A stretch of 64,000 bases of DNA, taken from positions 393,080,001 through 393,144,000 of the forward strand of contig OZ024740.1 in NCBI GenBank assembly GCA_964016885.1, read 5' to 3'. Shown piece by piece: positions 63,876-64,000 of the stretch. The translations under genes and the position numbers were made by a program. The stretch's first letter is position 1. Every line of letters begins with the position of its first letter. This stretch comes from Eledone cirrhosa. Lineage: Eukaryota. The notes below the pieces were generated by a model. It saw only the letters and a list, made by a program, of their open reading frames with translations. It had not been told where the DNA came from and made no database searches.

Positions 63876-64000
63876 TCTGGTGTGTATATATATATACACA
63901 CACTATATATATATATACATATACACACACAGCGTCATAATGACGTAATGCAGACAGCAAGACATACAGACAGATATTATAAAGGCGCAACATTATATCT

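Overview
AT-rich, intron-rich and microsatellite-rich animal genomic DNA. The repeat repertoire ((TA)n, RTE LINEs with (GAT)n tails, tRNA-derived SINEs) suggests a cephalopod such as Octopus; this is an inference. I assembled two convergent spliced host genes by hand. (1) A complete 6-exon short-chain dehydrogenase/reductase of the retinol dehydrogenase 11-14 type on + (14363..27207, 355 aa, one GC-AG intron). (2) The last five coding exons of TMEM135 on - (58317..42927). The remainder is mostly transposable elements: RTE LINEs carrying a PHD-like finger, Tx1/L1-clade LINEs, R4/Dong-type restriction-like-endonuclease LINEs, CR1 and Helitron fragments, piggyBac-, pogo- and hAT-like MITEs, and several SINE families. 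The most notable signal is a set of Penelope-like fold-back elements carrying minimal type I hammerhead ribozyme motifs. There are six motifs plus one decayed one; two pairs sit in the arms of ~290-bp inverted repeats, and some lie on the sense strand of the TMEM135 pre-mRNA. Also notable are many near-perfect hairpins, LINE 3' tails abutting host splice acceptors, and apparent microsatellite-targeted nesting of LINEs. Family assignments come from recalled motifs, not database searches.
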